A stretch of 64,000 nucleotides of DNA from Terriglobia bacterium (GTDB lineage: Bacteria > Acidobacteriota > Terriglobia > 20CM-2-55-15), in contig CBDAOY010000008.1 of assembly GCA_965198225.1 (NCBI GenBank), positions 928,001 to 992,000 on the forward strand, read 5' to 3'. Each line of letters begins with the position of its first letter. Positions within the stretch are counted from its first letter, which is position 1. Under the pieces are notes generated by a model, which saw nothing but the letters and a program-made list of their open reading frames with translations, had not been told where the DNA came from and searched no databases. Below, piece after piece: positions 50,481 through 60,762 of the stretch. The translations under genes were made by a program, and so were the position numbers.

Positions 50481-53063
50481 ATGTTCATATGCAGACGCAC
50501 CATGATTCTAACCCTTGTAATCACGCTGTTGATAGCGGGTCCGGCGACCCTCGAGACGTTCGGCCAGAACGAATCGCCAATCAGCGTGCTGATCCGTACA
50601 GACTCGAACGAGGAGGCCATCCGGGCCGCCATCCAGGCGGTCGGCGGGCACATCACCGGAGAGTACAAGTACCTGGAAGTCATCGCCGCTCAGCCGGAGG
50701 GTTTTGGCGAGGTGGAGTCCCTTGCCGGCCATGGAGCCCTGAAGGTAGACAGCCCGATCACGATGCCGGACACGGTACAGCCCTTCAGCGGGCGCCAGCA
50801 GTTAGCGTCATCGACTGCGGACTTCACGCCTGCCGGAACAGGCCTGGAGGACAACATCCCCGCGACGTTCATGGGAAATATCGGGAAAAAGAGCTCCGTC
50901 AAGAATTTCGCCGAGGACCACGAAGGGTCCTATCTCCTGAATCATGCCAAGAGCAACGTTCGGGAGCTGCACGAGGAGGGCTATACCGGGAAGAATGTCA
51001 TCGTCGCGGTCATCGACAGCGGTCTCCGCCCGGGTTTTGAGCATCTGCTCGAAGACGCGGTGATCGGCTGTGAGGACATGTTGAACCCCAGCGGCATCCC
51101 GGAACCACACTTCGACGATGCCTGTTTGGCTGACGCAAACGCCGGCCACGGAACCTTCGTGGCGGGGCTGATCGCTGGAAACGCGATCTTCCAGTTTGAT
51201 CCCGCCGGCATGTTCCTGCAGTCGGTCGGCATTCACGCGCCGGCGGCGATTTTCTCCGACGACCACTCCGATAAGTCAGAAAAGTCCGGCAAGTCCGGCA
51301 AGTCCTCCAAGTCGAAGAAGTCCGGCAAAGACAATCTCGTGGCGATGATCGGCAGCGCACCGAACGCCAAGATCTACGCCCTGCGCATCTTCGACAACGA
51401 GGCCCTTCGAGGCACCACGGAGGACATAGTCGCCGCGATCGAACGCGTGCTCGAACTCAAGAACGAACAGGGTGTCGACATCGATGTTGTCAACATGAGC
51501 TTTGGCCGGCGGACCTTCAACGCCGGAGGGACCTTTGTCCAGTTGCTGGTCGACACGCTGCTCGATAACGACATCCTACCGGTCGTCGCGGCCGGTAACT
51601 CCGGCCCGTCAGCTGCGACAACAGCCAGTCCGGCAAGCTCGCTCGAAAGTTTGGCGGTTGCGGCCGGCAGCGTCCCTCACCAGGAACGGATCTTTGCGGA
51701 CGTGTTCTTCGGTGATCTTCCGTTTGCCTTTCCGGGCCTGGGGAGTCTATTTCGTCCATTCGACGGGGTTCAGACAGCCAACTTCAGCTCCCGTGGACCG
51801 AACGCGGACGGGCGGCCGGGGCCGGACGTAATCACGGCCGGTTTCGGGCTCTTTGGCCAGGGTCTCTCGGATCCGCTTCAGGATCCGGCAAACGATTGGG
51901 TCAGCCTCGCATTCGGAACCAGCTTCAGCACACCTCTGACCGCAGGTATCGCCGCGGTCCTGCGCGGCAAGTTCAACGGGCGATCGGCACGTCAGGTTCG
52001 CAACGCCATCATCGAGTCCGCCAACGCGGACATCCTCGAAGACGGCTCCACGGCCATGGATCGCGGTCGCGGCTGGGTCGATGCCGAGGAGGCGTTCGAA
52101 CTGCTCGAGGACAACGAGGTTTCCGACCTGACGCCGGTTCCAGCGACGCCAAGCATCTTCGTCAACGACAACCTGGAAACCGCGACGGGTCTCATCGTCC
52201 AGACAGGTGTGGTCACCGAGAGCACTGGATTCCTGCTGCCGGCCCAGCGCCACGAGATTTTCTACGAGATTCCGCCGAACACCGCCGAGGTGACGGTCCG
52301 TATCCACAACGTGGCTGCAGAAAATCCGCCGCCAGGGCAGAATCCGTTCTTCGGCGACAACATCAGGCTGTCGACCCACAGTGCGAAAACGTCGTCGATC
52401 GTCACCGGAGATTACTTCGATCTGAACGCCGCTGCCGGTAGCGTCGCGGCCTTCCTAGGCGCAGGTAGTGACCGGGCCTTCGTTTTGGCGGACAATGATT
52501 TCAGCACGACGTCGGTTCTTTGTACCACCCCACCTCCGGGGCCGCCACCTATCGAGTGTGTGGCATTTGACAATCTTGAACCGGGCGTCCTGCGTATCAC
52601 CGTGAGCGGGGATACCTTGAACCTGGGCAGGATGAGCGCAGACGTGACGATTTCGAGTTCACCGATTGGTCGGCCCGGTCTGACAGCCGACGGAACGGTG
52701 GAACAAGGACCGGCAATCGTAGACTTGAGCGGTTTCCCGGGGCAGGTGTTGGACCTCGGAAACTCCGTCGTCGTCCCGGTCGTGATCCCGGCCGGCCCAG
52801 CGCCGTTTTCACCGTTGGAGATTCGCCTCGAGTGGGACCACGATTGGTCCCGCTACCCGAGCAACGACCTGGATATGTTCGTGGAGGTTCCGGGTTTTGG
52901 AGTGGTTCTGGTCGCTTTTTCGCTCGATTCACCCGAAGTCATCGTTACATTTGCGCCCCCAGGTCCACTTAACATCATCATCTCTGGATTTGAAGTGAAC
53001 ACTCCGGACGATAACTGGCGACTCAGAGTGACCGTGGATGGAGTAGTGATTTCCGGGCCATAG
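50481..53063 (+). CDS. secreted S8 (subtilisin-like) serine peptidase
   Basis: AAGGAG RBS, signal peptide, triad VIDSG / HGTFVAG / GTSFSTP, oxyanion AAGN. Confidence 0.92.
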   Translation: MFICRRTMILTLVITLLIAGPATLETFGQNESPISVLIRTDSNEEAIRAAIQAVGGHITGEYKYLEVIAAQPEGFGEVESLAGHGALKVDSPITMPDTVQPFSGRQQLASSTADFTPAGTGLEDNIPATFMGNIGKKSSVKNFAEDHEGSYLLNHAKSNVRELHEEGYTGKNVIVAVIDSGLRPGFEHLLEDAVIGCEDMLNPSGIPEPHFDDACLADANAGHGTFVAGLIAGNAIFQFDPAGMFLQSVGIHAPAAIFSDDHSDKSEKSGKSGKSSKSKKSGKDNLVAMIGSAPNAKIYALRIFDNEALRGTTEDIVAAIERVLELKNEQGVDIDVVNMSFGRRTFNAGGTFVQLLVDTLLDNDILPVVAAGNSGPSAATTASPASSLESLAVAAGSVPHQERIFADVFFGDLPFAFPGLGSLFRPFDGVQTANFSSRGPNADGRPGPDVITAGFGLFGQGLSDPLQDPANDWVSLAFGTSFSTPLTAGIAAVLRGKFNGRSARQVRNAIIESANADILEDGSTAMDRGRGWVDAEEAFELLEDNEVSDLTPVPATPSIFVNDNLETATGLIVQTGVVTESTGFLLPAQRHEIFYEIPPNTAEVTVRIHNVAAENPPPGQNPFFGDNIRLSTHSAKTSSIVTGDYFDLNAAAGSVAAFLGAGSDRAFVLADNDFSTTSVLCTTPPPGPPPIECVAFDNLEPGVLRITVSGDTLNLGRMSADVTISSSPIGRPGLTADGTVEQGPAIVDLSGFPGQVLDLGNSVVVPVVIPAGPAPFSPLEIRLEWDHDWSRYPSNDLDMFVEVPGFGVVLVAFSLDSPEVIVTFAPPGPLNIIISGFEVNTPDDNWRLRVTVDGVVISGP

Positions 53064-53142
53064 AAAGCTACGACGAAACATTTTTTTGACTGCAGAAAAG
53101 CTCACTTCGGGTGGTTCTTCGGGACCACCTATTTTTTTTGCG

Positions 53143-53844
53143 CTACAGTCCGGTGGCGAAGTCCAGGGCGATCCGGGGAGCATCCGGGTTGTCTTCGTGC
53201 TTGATGAAGGCGTAGACATCGATTCCGTCCGACACCCAACCCCGCAGCCGCTCCTGCCATTCTTCTCGCTCCGCTTCGGAGTAATTCGACTTCCGCAAGC
53301 GCACGTAGGTCTTGTTCGAGGTGAGGCGCAGGGGCGTCGTGTGTTCGTCGGCGTCGTGGATGCACAGGGCCGCCTTGTACCGCTCGAGCAGGGAATAGAC
53401 GTCGTCGGTGAACCAGGACTCGTTCCGAAACTCAAACGCACAAGCCATACTCGAAGGCAGTCCGGAGAGAAACATCTCCAGCCGCTCGAGGTCGCACTTG
53501 AAATTGGGTGGAAGCTGGTAGAGCAGGATGCCGAACCGATCCTCCAGCTGGGGAAGGGTATCGAGCAGGTAATCGAGAGCCTCCGACGGCACCCGCAGGC
53601 GCTCCCAGTGCGTAATCTTCCGTGACGCTTTCATCGCGAAGCGAAAATCCGGATGGGTCTTCTCCTTCCAGCCATCCAGGGTCTTCCGGGTCGGCATGCG
53701 GTAGAAGGTGTAGTCGATTTCAACCGCATCGAACTTCGAGGCGTAATAGTTCAGGAAGTTCTTCTGCGGGATATCTTTCGGGTAGAAAGACGGTTTCCAT
53801 TCTTTGTAACTGAAGCCCGATGTTCCCAGCCAGACCTTCGCCAT
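53143..53844 (-). CDS. DUF72 domain protein
   Basis: GTSGFSYKEW, VEIDYTFY, QLPP, EFRNESW. Confidence 0.92.
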   Translation of the reverse strand: MAKVWLGTSGFSYKEWKPSFYPKDIPQKNFLNYYASKFDAVEIDYTFYRMPTRKTLDGWKEKTHPDFRFAMKASRKITHWERLRVPSEALDYLLDTLPQLEDRFGILLYQLPPNFKCDLERLEMFLSGLPSSMACAFEFRNESWFTDDVYSLLERYKAALCIHDADEHTTPLRLTSNKTYVRLRKSNYSEAEREEWQERLRGWVSDGIDVYAFIKHEDNPDAPRIALDFATGL

Positions 53845-53921
53845 CGCGTGCTCGTGACCCCCTTTTCTTGCAACCGGCGATTTCTTTGGGGGATGATACG
53901 CGATCAGCGAAGGGGGACACA

Positions 53922-55511
53922 ATGAAGCGCTTCTGTCTGGTTCTGGTCGTGATCTCGGTTCTGAGTCTGAATGCGGGGGCGCAGGAGGACTTCGACATCG
54001 TCATCCGCGGCGGCCGCGTCGTCGACGGTTCCGGTAACCCGTGGATCCGAGCCGATGTCGGAATTCGCGACGATCGTATCGTGCGCATCGGCGATTTGCG
54101 GCAAGCCACCGCGGAACGATTCATCGAGGCCGACGGCCTGGTCGTCGCTCCGGGCTTCATCGATCCTCACACCCATGCCGTCCGCGGGATCTTCGATGTT
54201 CCCACTGCCGACAGCGCGCTCCTGCAGGGTGTGACAACGTTGATCGAGGGTAACGACGGCAGCTCGCCATACCCGATCGCGGATCATCTCGAGCGCATAC
54301 AGACGGGCGGAATCAGCACGAACTGGGCGCTGTTCGTCGGGCAGGGAACCGTTCGATCTCAGGTCATCGGCGCGGAGGACCGTGCGGCCACGCCTGAGGA
54401 AATGGATCAGATGAAACGGCTGGTTGCCGACGCGATGGAGCAAGGGGCCCTCGGCATCTCGACCGGTCTTTTCTACGTTCCCGGAAGCTTCACGTCCACA
54501 GAAGAAGTCATCGCGCTCTCGAAGGAGGCCGCCCGCTACAAGGGTATGTACATCTCCCACATGCGCGACGAGGTGTCCGGACTGCTCGACTCGGTTCGGG
54601 AAACGATCCGAATCGGGGAAGAGGCCGGTCTACCCGTCCAGATGACCCACCACAAGGTCGTCGGCAAGGATATGTGGGGCGCCAGCGTCGATTCGCTCAG
54701 ACTGGTGGACGAAGCCCGGGCGCGCGGCGTCGACATCACGATGGATCAATACCCGTACACAGCCTCACAGACTGGAATCACGGCGCTCGTGCCGCAGTGG
54801 GCGCAGGAGGGCGGAACCGAGAGGCTGATCGAACGGCTGCAGGATCCGACGACGCGTGAGGATGTTCGTTCCGGGATCGTCGATCGCATTCTCCACGACC
54901 GGGGCGGTGGTGACCCGAAGAATGTCTTCATCTCCTCCTGCACCTGGGACAGATCGTTGGAAGGGAAGAACCTGGCCGAGATCACCACCGCGCGCGGTAT
55001 GGAACCCACACCCGACAATGCCGCTGTAGTCGTGATGGACCTCATAACCGGCGGGGGCGCACGCGCTGTCTACCACGCCATGTCGGAAGAGGACGTCGAG
55101 CGCATCATGCAGCACCCCGCCACGGCCATTGGGTCCGACGGCCCCCTGTCGGTTTTCGGCGAGGGCACTCCACATCCGCGCCAGTACGGAACGTTTGCAC
55201 GGGTGCTCGGTTACTACGTCCGGGAACGGGGCATACTGAGACTCGAAGAAGCGGTCCGGAAGATGACCAGCGCCACGGCTCAACGGCTGGGGATTCGAGA
55301 TCGTGGTCTGCTGCGCGAGGGATACCTCGCCGACGTGACTATCTTCGATGCCGAGGAGATCCGCGACACGGCGACTTTCGAGGAACCCCACCAGTACGCC
55401 GTTGGCGTTCGTTTCGTTATCGTCAATGGGGAAGTCGTCGTAGCGGGGGGGCAGCACACCGGCCTTCGTCCCGGCCGGGTTATTCACGGCCCCGGCTTCT
55501 CGGGAAACTGA
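53922..55511 (+). CDS. N-acyl-D-amino-acid deacylase (amidohydrolase)
   Basis: APGFIDPHTH, STGLFY.PG, SHMRDE, GSDG, HPRQYGTF; signal peptide. Confidence 0.92.
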   Translation: MKRFCLVLVVISVLSLNAGAQEDFDIVIRGGRVVDGSGNPWIRADVGIRDDRIVRIGDLRQATAERFIEADGLVVAPGFIDPHTHAVRGIFDVPTADSALLQGVTTLIEGNDGSSPYPIADHLERIQTGGISTNWALFVGQGTVRSQVIGAEDRAATPEEMDQMKRLVADAMEQGALGISTGLFYVPGSFTSTEEVIALSKEAARYKGMYISHMRDEVSGLLDSVRETIRIGEEAGLPVQMTHHKVVGKDMWGASVDSLRLVDEARARGVDITMDQYPYTASQTGITALVPQWAQEGGTERLIERLQDPTTREDVRSGIVDRILHDRGGGDPKNVFISSCTWDRSLEGKNLAEITTARGMEPTPDNAAVVVMDLITGGGARAVYHAMSEEDVERIMQHPATAIGSDGPLSVFGEGTPHPRQYGTFARVLGYYVRERGILRLEEAVRKMTSATAQRLGIRDRGLLREGYLADVTIFDAEEIRDTATFEEPHQYAVGVRFVIVNGEVVVAGGQHTGLRPGRVIHGPGFSGN

Positions 55512-55965
55512 CGCCTCAGAACCTTAACTTCTAGTTCGTAATACAACATATAACTCAAAGTATTAAAGTTACTTACTGGCTTAGAAACAGGCTGCACCGA
55601 TCATTCCTGCCGCAGAATTCTGACCTCGCCGCCAACACACCCTTCGCGCTGAGCTCGGCGTTTTCGTCCGGACCGCCTGAAACCTCGTCTGCACGGCGTT
55701 TCCGGGCCGGGACCCCTACGAAAGGCCCACCCAACGGCACAGTAGGCGCGGCACCTCGCTCTGGAAGCCTATGCTCAAGGGTTTCTGCCGGCAGATCAGC
55801 TGAACCTCAATAAAGACGGGTTTCGGAACGTCTACAACACACGAAACCGGCTTTAATATTGGCCGAAAACACCCCCGACTTTTCAACAAGACACCAACCG
55901 ACCGCATTCGGCGCAAAACGCTACGAACGAGCGTTTTATTGCCACTTAGCCTTGAAAGTCAGACC

Positions 55966-56000
55966 TTTTCCACACCCTTTTCCACAAGTGCTGTGGAGAG
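55966..56000. promoter_or_regulatory. DnaA-box-like cluster
   Basis: TTTTCCACA at 55966 and 55978 (match TTWTNCACA) plus inverted TGTGGAGAG at 55992. Confidence 0.45.
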
Positions 56001-56251
56001 AACCCTTTTCCAGCACCGCCACCACTGATGTCCGCTTCACACCGAGCCGCTTTTTCCTCCATCCTGGCGTCCGCTTGGGCCACACCTGACACCGAGAAAC
56101 CAAGCCATCGGTCGAAGTTTCCGCCAAAAGCCTAGAGAAAAAGCCCGCCCGTTACTGCCGGGCCTCCCTGACACATAGATCCAATCCACGGTCATGAAGT
56201 ATCACGATCGAGGGGTATTACGGAGAACCAAGCTTTCGGTGAAGTTCCCGC

Positions 56252-56286
56252 GCCAACGAAGAAGAATATTATGTCAAGTAAAGCCC
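56252..56286 (+). repeat. inverted partial dif copy (XerD arm plus flank)
   Basis: AATATTATGTCAAGTAAAGCCC (56265-56286) is the exact reverse complement of 56354-56375; XerC-side arm degenerate. Confidence 0.8.
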
Positions 56287-56360
56287 GCCCGTTACGTCTG
56301 GGCGAGCGTGACCGTGGATCAAGCTCTCGCTGATAGAGTAGCGCATTGTCCAGGGGCTTT

Positions 56361-56388
56361 ACTTGACATAATATTTCTTATCCGACGT
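56361..56388 (-). other. XerC/XerD dif-like recombination site
   Basis: Minus strand ACGTCGGATAA-GAAATA-TTATGTCAAGT: 11-6-11 layout with inner ATAA/TTAT, in an intergenic region of about 0.9 kb. Confidence 0.8.
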
Positions 56389-56435
56389 TCTTTCCTAACT
56401 CCACCGCCTTGAACAACCTCCTCCCCCGCGAGATA

Positions 56436-57473
56436 ATGCCCGTGATGACAACGCTCTCCCCCAGCTCCGCCGCTACGGACAGGCTAGGCCGCCTGATACG
56501 TGACCTCCGTATATCGGTCACTGATCGCTGCAACTACCGCTGTAACTACTGCATGCCCTATGACGAGTACGTCTGGATCGAGCGCGAGGCGGTTCTCTCT
56601 TTCGAGGAGATCACCCGCCTGGCACGAGTCTTCATCGACCTGGGAGTCGAGAAGATTCGGCTCACCGGAGGCGAACCACTCGTTCGGAACGGTCTCGAGA
56701 CGCTGATCGCGCAACTGAGGAATCTCCCGGGGTTGAAGGATCTGGCCCTGACGACGAACGGGTCGCTGCTCGCCGAAAAGGCGGAATCGCTGAAGTCTGC
56801 GGGCCTGGGGCGGATCAACGTCAGTCTGGATACACTCCGGGAGGATCGATTTCGAGAGCTGACTCAGCGCGGCGAGTTGAATCATGTCCTCGACGGCGTC
56901 CGGGTCGCGAAGGAGGCCGGTCTGGGGCCTATCAAGATCAACGCCGTGGTCATGAAGGGGTTCAACGACGACGAGATCCTGGACCTCGTGGACTACGGTC
57001 GGGACAACGGCCTGGAGATGCGGTTCATCGAGTTCCTGGATGTCGGTAACGCCAACACCTGGAGCCTGGATCGAACCGTACCCAAAGAACGCATCGTCGA
57101 GATCATCCACTCCCGGCATCCGCTCGAGGAGGTCGGACGGGGCGACGACCGCGCTCCGAGTGTCGATTACCGGTACCTCGACGGCAGCGGCAGGGTCGGC
57201 ATCATCGGCTCGCTGACCGAGCCCTTCTGCGCGCGCTGTACCCGCGCCCGCCTCACCGCCGACGGTCGGCTCGTCACCTGTCTCTTTTCAGAGAGTGGCT
57301 TCGATCTGAAGACGCCGCTCCGGGCCGGCAAGGGCGATGCGGAAATCGGCGAGACGATCCGCTCGCTGTGGGCAGAACGAACCGATCGCTATTCCGATCA
57401 ACGCTGGGAAGCAATCCAGTCGGGGACCTACAAGGCCGGTAAGAAGATCGAGATGATCACGCTGGGCGGTTAG
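56436..57473 (+). CDS. moaA: GTP 3',8-cyclase
   Basis: CNYRCNYC radical SAM motif, LTGGEP, FC..C.R.RLTADG...C, C-terminal MITLGG; start could be 56445. Confidence 0.97.
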   Translation: MPVMTTLSPSSAATDRLGRLIRDLRISVTDRCNYRCNYCMPYDEYVWIEREAVLSFEEITRLARVFIDLGVEKIRLTGGEPLVRNGLETLIAQLRNLPGLKDLALTTNGSLLAEKAESLKSAGLGRINVSLDTLREDRFRELTQRGELNHVLDGVRVAKEAGLGPIKINAVVMKGFNDDEILDLVDYGRDNGLEMRFIEFLDVGNANTWSLDRTVPKERIVEIIHSRHPLEEVGRGDDRAPSVDYRYLDGSGRVGIIGSLTEPFCARCTRARLTADGRLVTCLFSESGFDLKTPLRAGKGDAEIGETIRSLWAERTDRYSDQRWEAIQSGTYKAGKKIEMITLGG

Positions 57474-57549
57474 CGGTCCGTGGCTCTCAATTGACCTCCA
57501 ATTCCCCCCAGGAGTATCCTGACTGAAACCAAGAACAGGAGAGGTTCCG

Positions 57550-59544
57550 ATGCGCTTTACGCTTTGCTTGTGCGCGCTGATGCTGTGTTGCGCGATTCCC
57601 GTCGATGCCCAGGACGAAGCTCCGACACCTCCAGGGCCAAAGCCCGAGCGTGTCGACGTCTCTCCACGCCGGACTGAAATCGAGGCCGGAGAGAAGTTGC
57701 AATTCACCGCGACAGGCTTCGACGACGAGGGCGAGGCCATGGACGCGAAACCGACGGCATGGTTCGCCATCCCATTCGATCAGGCCGCTGCCGACATGGA
57801 AGGCAACGTGACGTTCTTCCTCCCCGGGAGCGTACGTGTTGGCGCGCTGATCAACGGTCAGACCGGGTTTGCGACTATCACGGTCTCGCCCCAGGCCGTG
57901 TCGCAGCTCGAGATCTCTTCAACCGAAGGCCCGATAGCAGCCGGAACAGGAATTCTCCTGACGGCGACGGCCCGGACCTCCAACGGAGATCCCCGCACCG
58001 ATGTTCAGATCGAATGGACCTCCGAGTCTCCGGAGATCGCTCGCGTCGATGCCGCCGGGTTCGTCGTCGGCATCGCGCCGGGTCGGGCCGTGCTTCGGGC
58101 CAGCGCGGGAACCGCCAACACGTCCCTCAGCGTCGATGTGATCCCGAACCCGGTCGACGTCCTCAGCGTGACGCCGGCGACGGCCGGGGCCAGGACCGGC
58201 GACGTCATCCGTTTCAGCGCTGCTGCGTTGGACTCCGATGGTCAAACCCTGGAGGCGCCCGTGGTGCGCTGGGCTGTTACGGGCATCGGGGCGATGATCG
58301 AATCCGACGGCGGATTCGTAGCCGAGCGGCCCGGCTCCTATGTCGTCAATGCGACCAGCGGCAACAGGACCGCGGTGGCCACCGTCACGGTGTCTCCCCG
58401 CTTCGCGGAGCGCGAACTGGAGATCGTCGGCCAGACCGAACAGGAGGAATTCCAGAGCGCGGAGCAATGGATCATCGGGAACCACGCGTACCTGTCGTCG
58501 ATGATGGCGGGCAAGTTGTGGGTCTACGACGTTTCGAATCCCGGAAACCCGCTCAAAGTCGATTCCGTTTCCTTCGACGCCCGTGTCATCAACGATGTCA
58601 GTACGACACCCGACGGCAAGATCGGCGTGATCACGCGCGAGGGCGCTTCGGACCGCAAGAACGGAATAGTGTTTCTGGACCTGGATGAACCGGCGCACCC
58701 GGAGGTGCTGTCGGAATACACGGAGACGGTGACGGGTGGGGTTCACAGCGCCTACATCGACGATCACTACGTCTACCTGACCGACGATGCGACCGGTTCC
58801 CTCCGCGTCATCGATTTCGGGGATGCCGGGAATCCGAAGGAAGTAGCACGGTGGGAAGTCGAGAACCCGCTGGTGACGACGATCGAAACGCCGGTCGGCG
58901 AGATGATGGGCGGTCGCATGCTGCACGACGTCCAGGTCGTCGACGGCCTGATATACATGGGCTACTGGCGCGACGGTCTGGTCATCCTCGATGTAGGCGC
59001 AGGCATCGCGGGCGGCAGCCCGGAGAAACCTGAATTCGTGAGCCAGCTCCGTTTCAACTACAACGAGCTCTACGGTCCGGATTGGCTCGCTGGTGCACAC
59101 TCGGTGTTTCGTTACAACGACTATGTCTTCCTCGGTGACGAGGTGTTCCCCGCCCAGTTCAGCCTCAGCTCGAAAGACCGTATTCCGGTCAAAGGCGTGG
59201 TTCACGTCGTCGACGTGTCCGACATCCGAAACCCGCGGAAGGTTGCCGAGTACGCCGTTCCGGAAGCGGGAGCCCACAACATGTGGGTCGAGAACGACGT
59301 GATGTACATGGGTTACTACAACGGAGGCGGAAGAGTCGTGGATGTGTCGGGCGAACTGCGTGGAAACCTCTACCGCCAGGGCCGGGAGATGGCACGTCTG
59401 TGGACGGGTAGCCCGGACGGGTATCGGCCGAACCTGCCTTTCGCCTGGGGCGCCCAGCCTCACAACGGACTGATCTACTTCAACGACACCAACACGGGGA
59501 TCTGGGTCACACGGATCGTCGACCCGCGCGACCGGGAGCCGTAG
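57550..59544 (+). CDS. secreted Ig-like (Big_2) domain plus LVIVD-repeat protein
   Basis: Signal peptide, three Ig-like units (WTSESPEIARVD), repeats such as LWVYDVSNP, LRVIDF, LVILDV, VVDVSD. Confidence 0.85.
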   Translation: MRFTLCLCALMLCCAIPVDAQDEAPTPPGPKPERVDVSPRRTEIEAGEKLQFTATGFDDEGEAMDAKPTAWFAIPFDQAAADMEGNVTFFLPGSVRVGALINGQTGFATITVSPQAVSQLEISSTEGPIAAGTGILLTATARTSNGDPRTDVQIEWTSESPEIARVDAAGFVVGIAPGRAVLRASAGTANTSLSVDVIPNPVDVLSVTPATAGARTGDVIRFSAAALDSDGQTLEAPVVRWAVTGIGAMIESDGGFVAERPGSYVVNATSGNRTAVATVTVSPRFAERELEIVGQTEQEEFQSAEQWIIGNHAYLSSMMAGKLWVYDVSNPGNPLKVDSVSFDARVINDVSTTPDGKIGVITREGASDRKNGIVFLDLDEPAHPEVLSEYTETVTGGVHSAYIDDHYVYLTDDATGSLRVIDFGDAGNPKEVARWEVENPLVTTIETPVGEMMGGRMLHDVQVVDGLIYMGYWRDGLVILDVGAGIAGGSPEKPEFVSQLRFNYNELYGPDWLAGAHSVFRYNDYVFLGDEVFPAQFSLSSKDRIPVKGVVHVVDVSDIRNPRKVAEYAVPEAGAHNMWVENDVMYMGYYNGGGRVVDVSGELRGNLYRQGREMARLWTGSPDGYRPNLPFAWGAQPHNGLIYFNDTNTGIWVTRIVDPRDREP

Positions 59545-59579
59545 CGCTTGAACGCTGATGGCTGATTGCCTACCCGGGC

Positions 59580-60719
59580 TCAGCGCCTCCGGTTGGCGCC
59601 TCTGCTGCTGCGGATGTCGATGCCCCCCGCCTGTTGGCCGACATCGGCGCTGGCCACGATCTCCAGTCTCTTCAGGTCGAGCACTTCTACCGAGCCCGGC
59701 TCGGAGCTGACTCCTTCGACCGACACGAAAGCATAGTGTTCGTCTTCTGAAATCGCGACGCCGTGGACAACGCGCCGCCCGGTTGCGATGCGAGCGACTT
59801 CCGTTCCCGACTCGATCTCGTAGACAGAGATCGATTGATCCCTCTTGTTTGTGGCAACAAGCAGCTCATCGGTCACGGCCAGGTTGTAGACACCGGCACG
59901 CGCTTCCAGACGACGACTCAATTCCCAGGTCTCCACGTCGACTTCGACGATCTCGTCCGATGCGTTGCATGCGACGAAAACAAAGCGCCCGTCCTTAGAT
60001 GGCTCGGCTCACGTGGGCGAGCATCGTTCCGACGATGCGGAGGCGTTCGGCATCTCCGGAGACATGCGTCCCATCATTTCTGCGCTCTCGACGGGTCCTC
60101 TAAATCCTTTTTCGCCGCCTCTCGTCAACATGAAGTTTCTCGACACACGAAGCGTGCTGGTGTCGATCTCTACGAGCCTGTCGTCCATCATGCATGTGGA
60201 GTAGTGCAGCGTGCCCTGCGGGTTGATCCTCGAGCCGTGTGGCATCTTGCAGGTCGTGATCCGAACGATCTCCAGCATCTCGTCGGTCATCACGACCGAC
60301 ACCGACGAGGGAACCATGTCTCCGTGAAGGTTGAAGTTCACGACGTAGAGAAACGTTCCATCCGGAGTCAGGTCGATCGTCGCCGGGAACATTCCCACGG
60401 TGACCCTTCCAACCGCGGTGTCGTCGGTCGCCGAATACTTCCAGACAGTCCCGTACGGCTGGCCGTGCGCGATCGAAACGTAGTAGAAGCGTCCATCTGG
60501 AGACAGGCGTAGCCCGTGCGGGCCGTCGATGTCGAGCGGCATGATTCCGACCGTCACTTCACGATCGACGGCGACGGCATTCCCCTCAAAGCTGAGGACC
60601 GCAATCCGGTCCGCCGCCTCGGCGGCGACGTAGATCTCGTGGACGTTGATCCGAGGCTCTCTTTGCGCAGCCGCGACGTTCGCGAAGAGCAGCAGGCTCA
60701 GGATCAGGCGGGGTAACAT
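59580..60719 (-). pseudogene. YncE/YVTN-like beta-propeller with an in-frame TGA
   Basis: ORFs 60009-60719 and 59580-59936 are in the same frame; CSPT-TGA-AEPSKDGRFVFVACN reads continuously. Confidence 0.75.
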
Positions 60720-60762
60720 GGGGCCATTATATACAGCGATCGGCCCTCAGCGGTTCGCCAAG

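Noticed and set aside
55533-55561. Third dif-like site (AGTTCGTAATA...)
   Set aside because: The XerD arm lacks TTATGT; too degenerate to call
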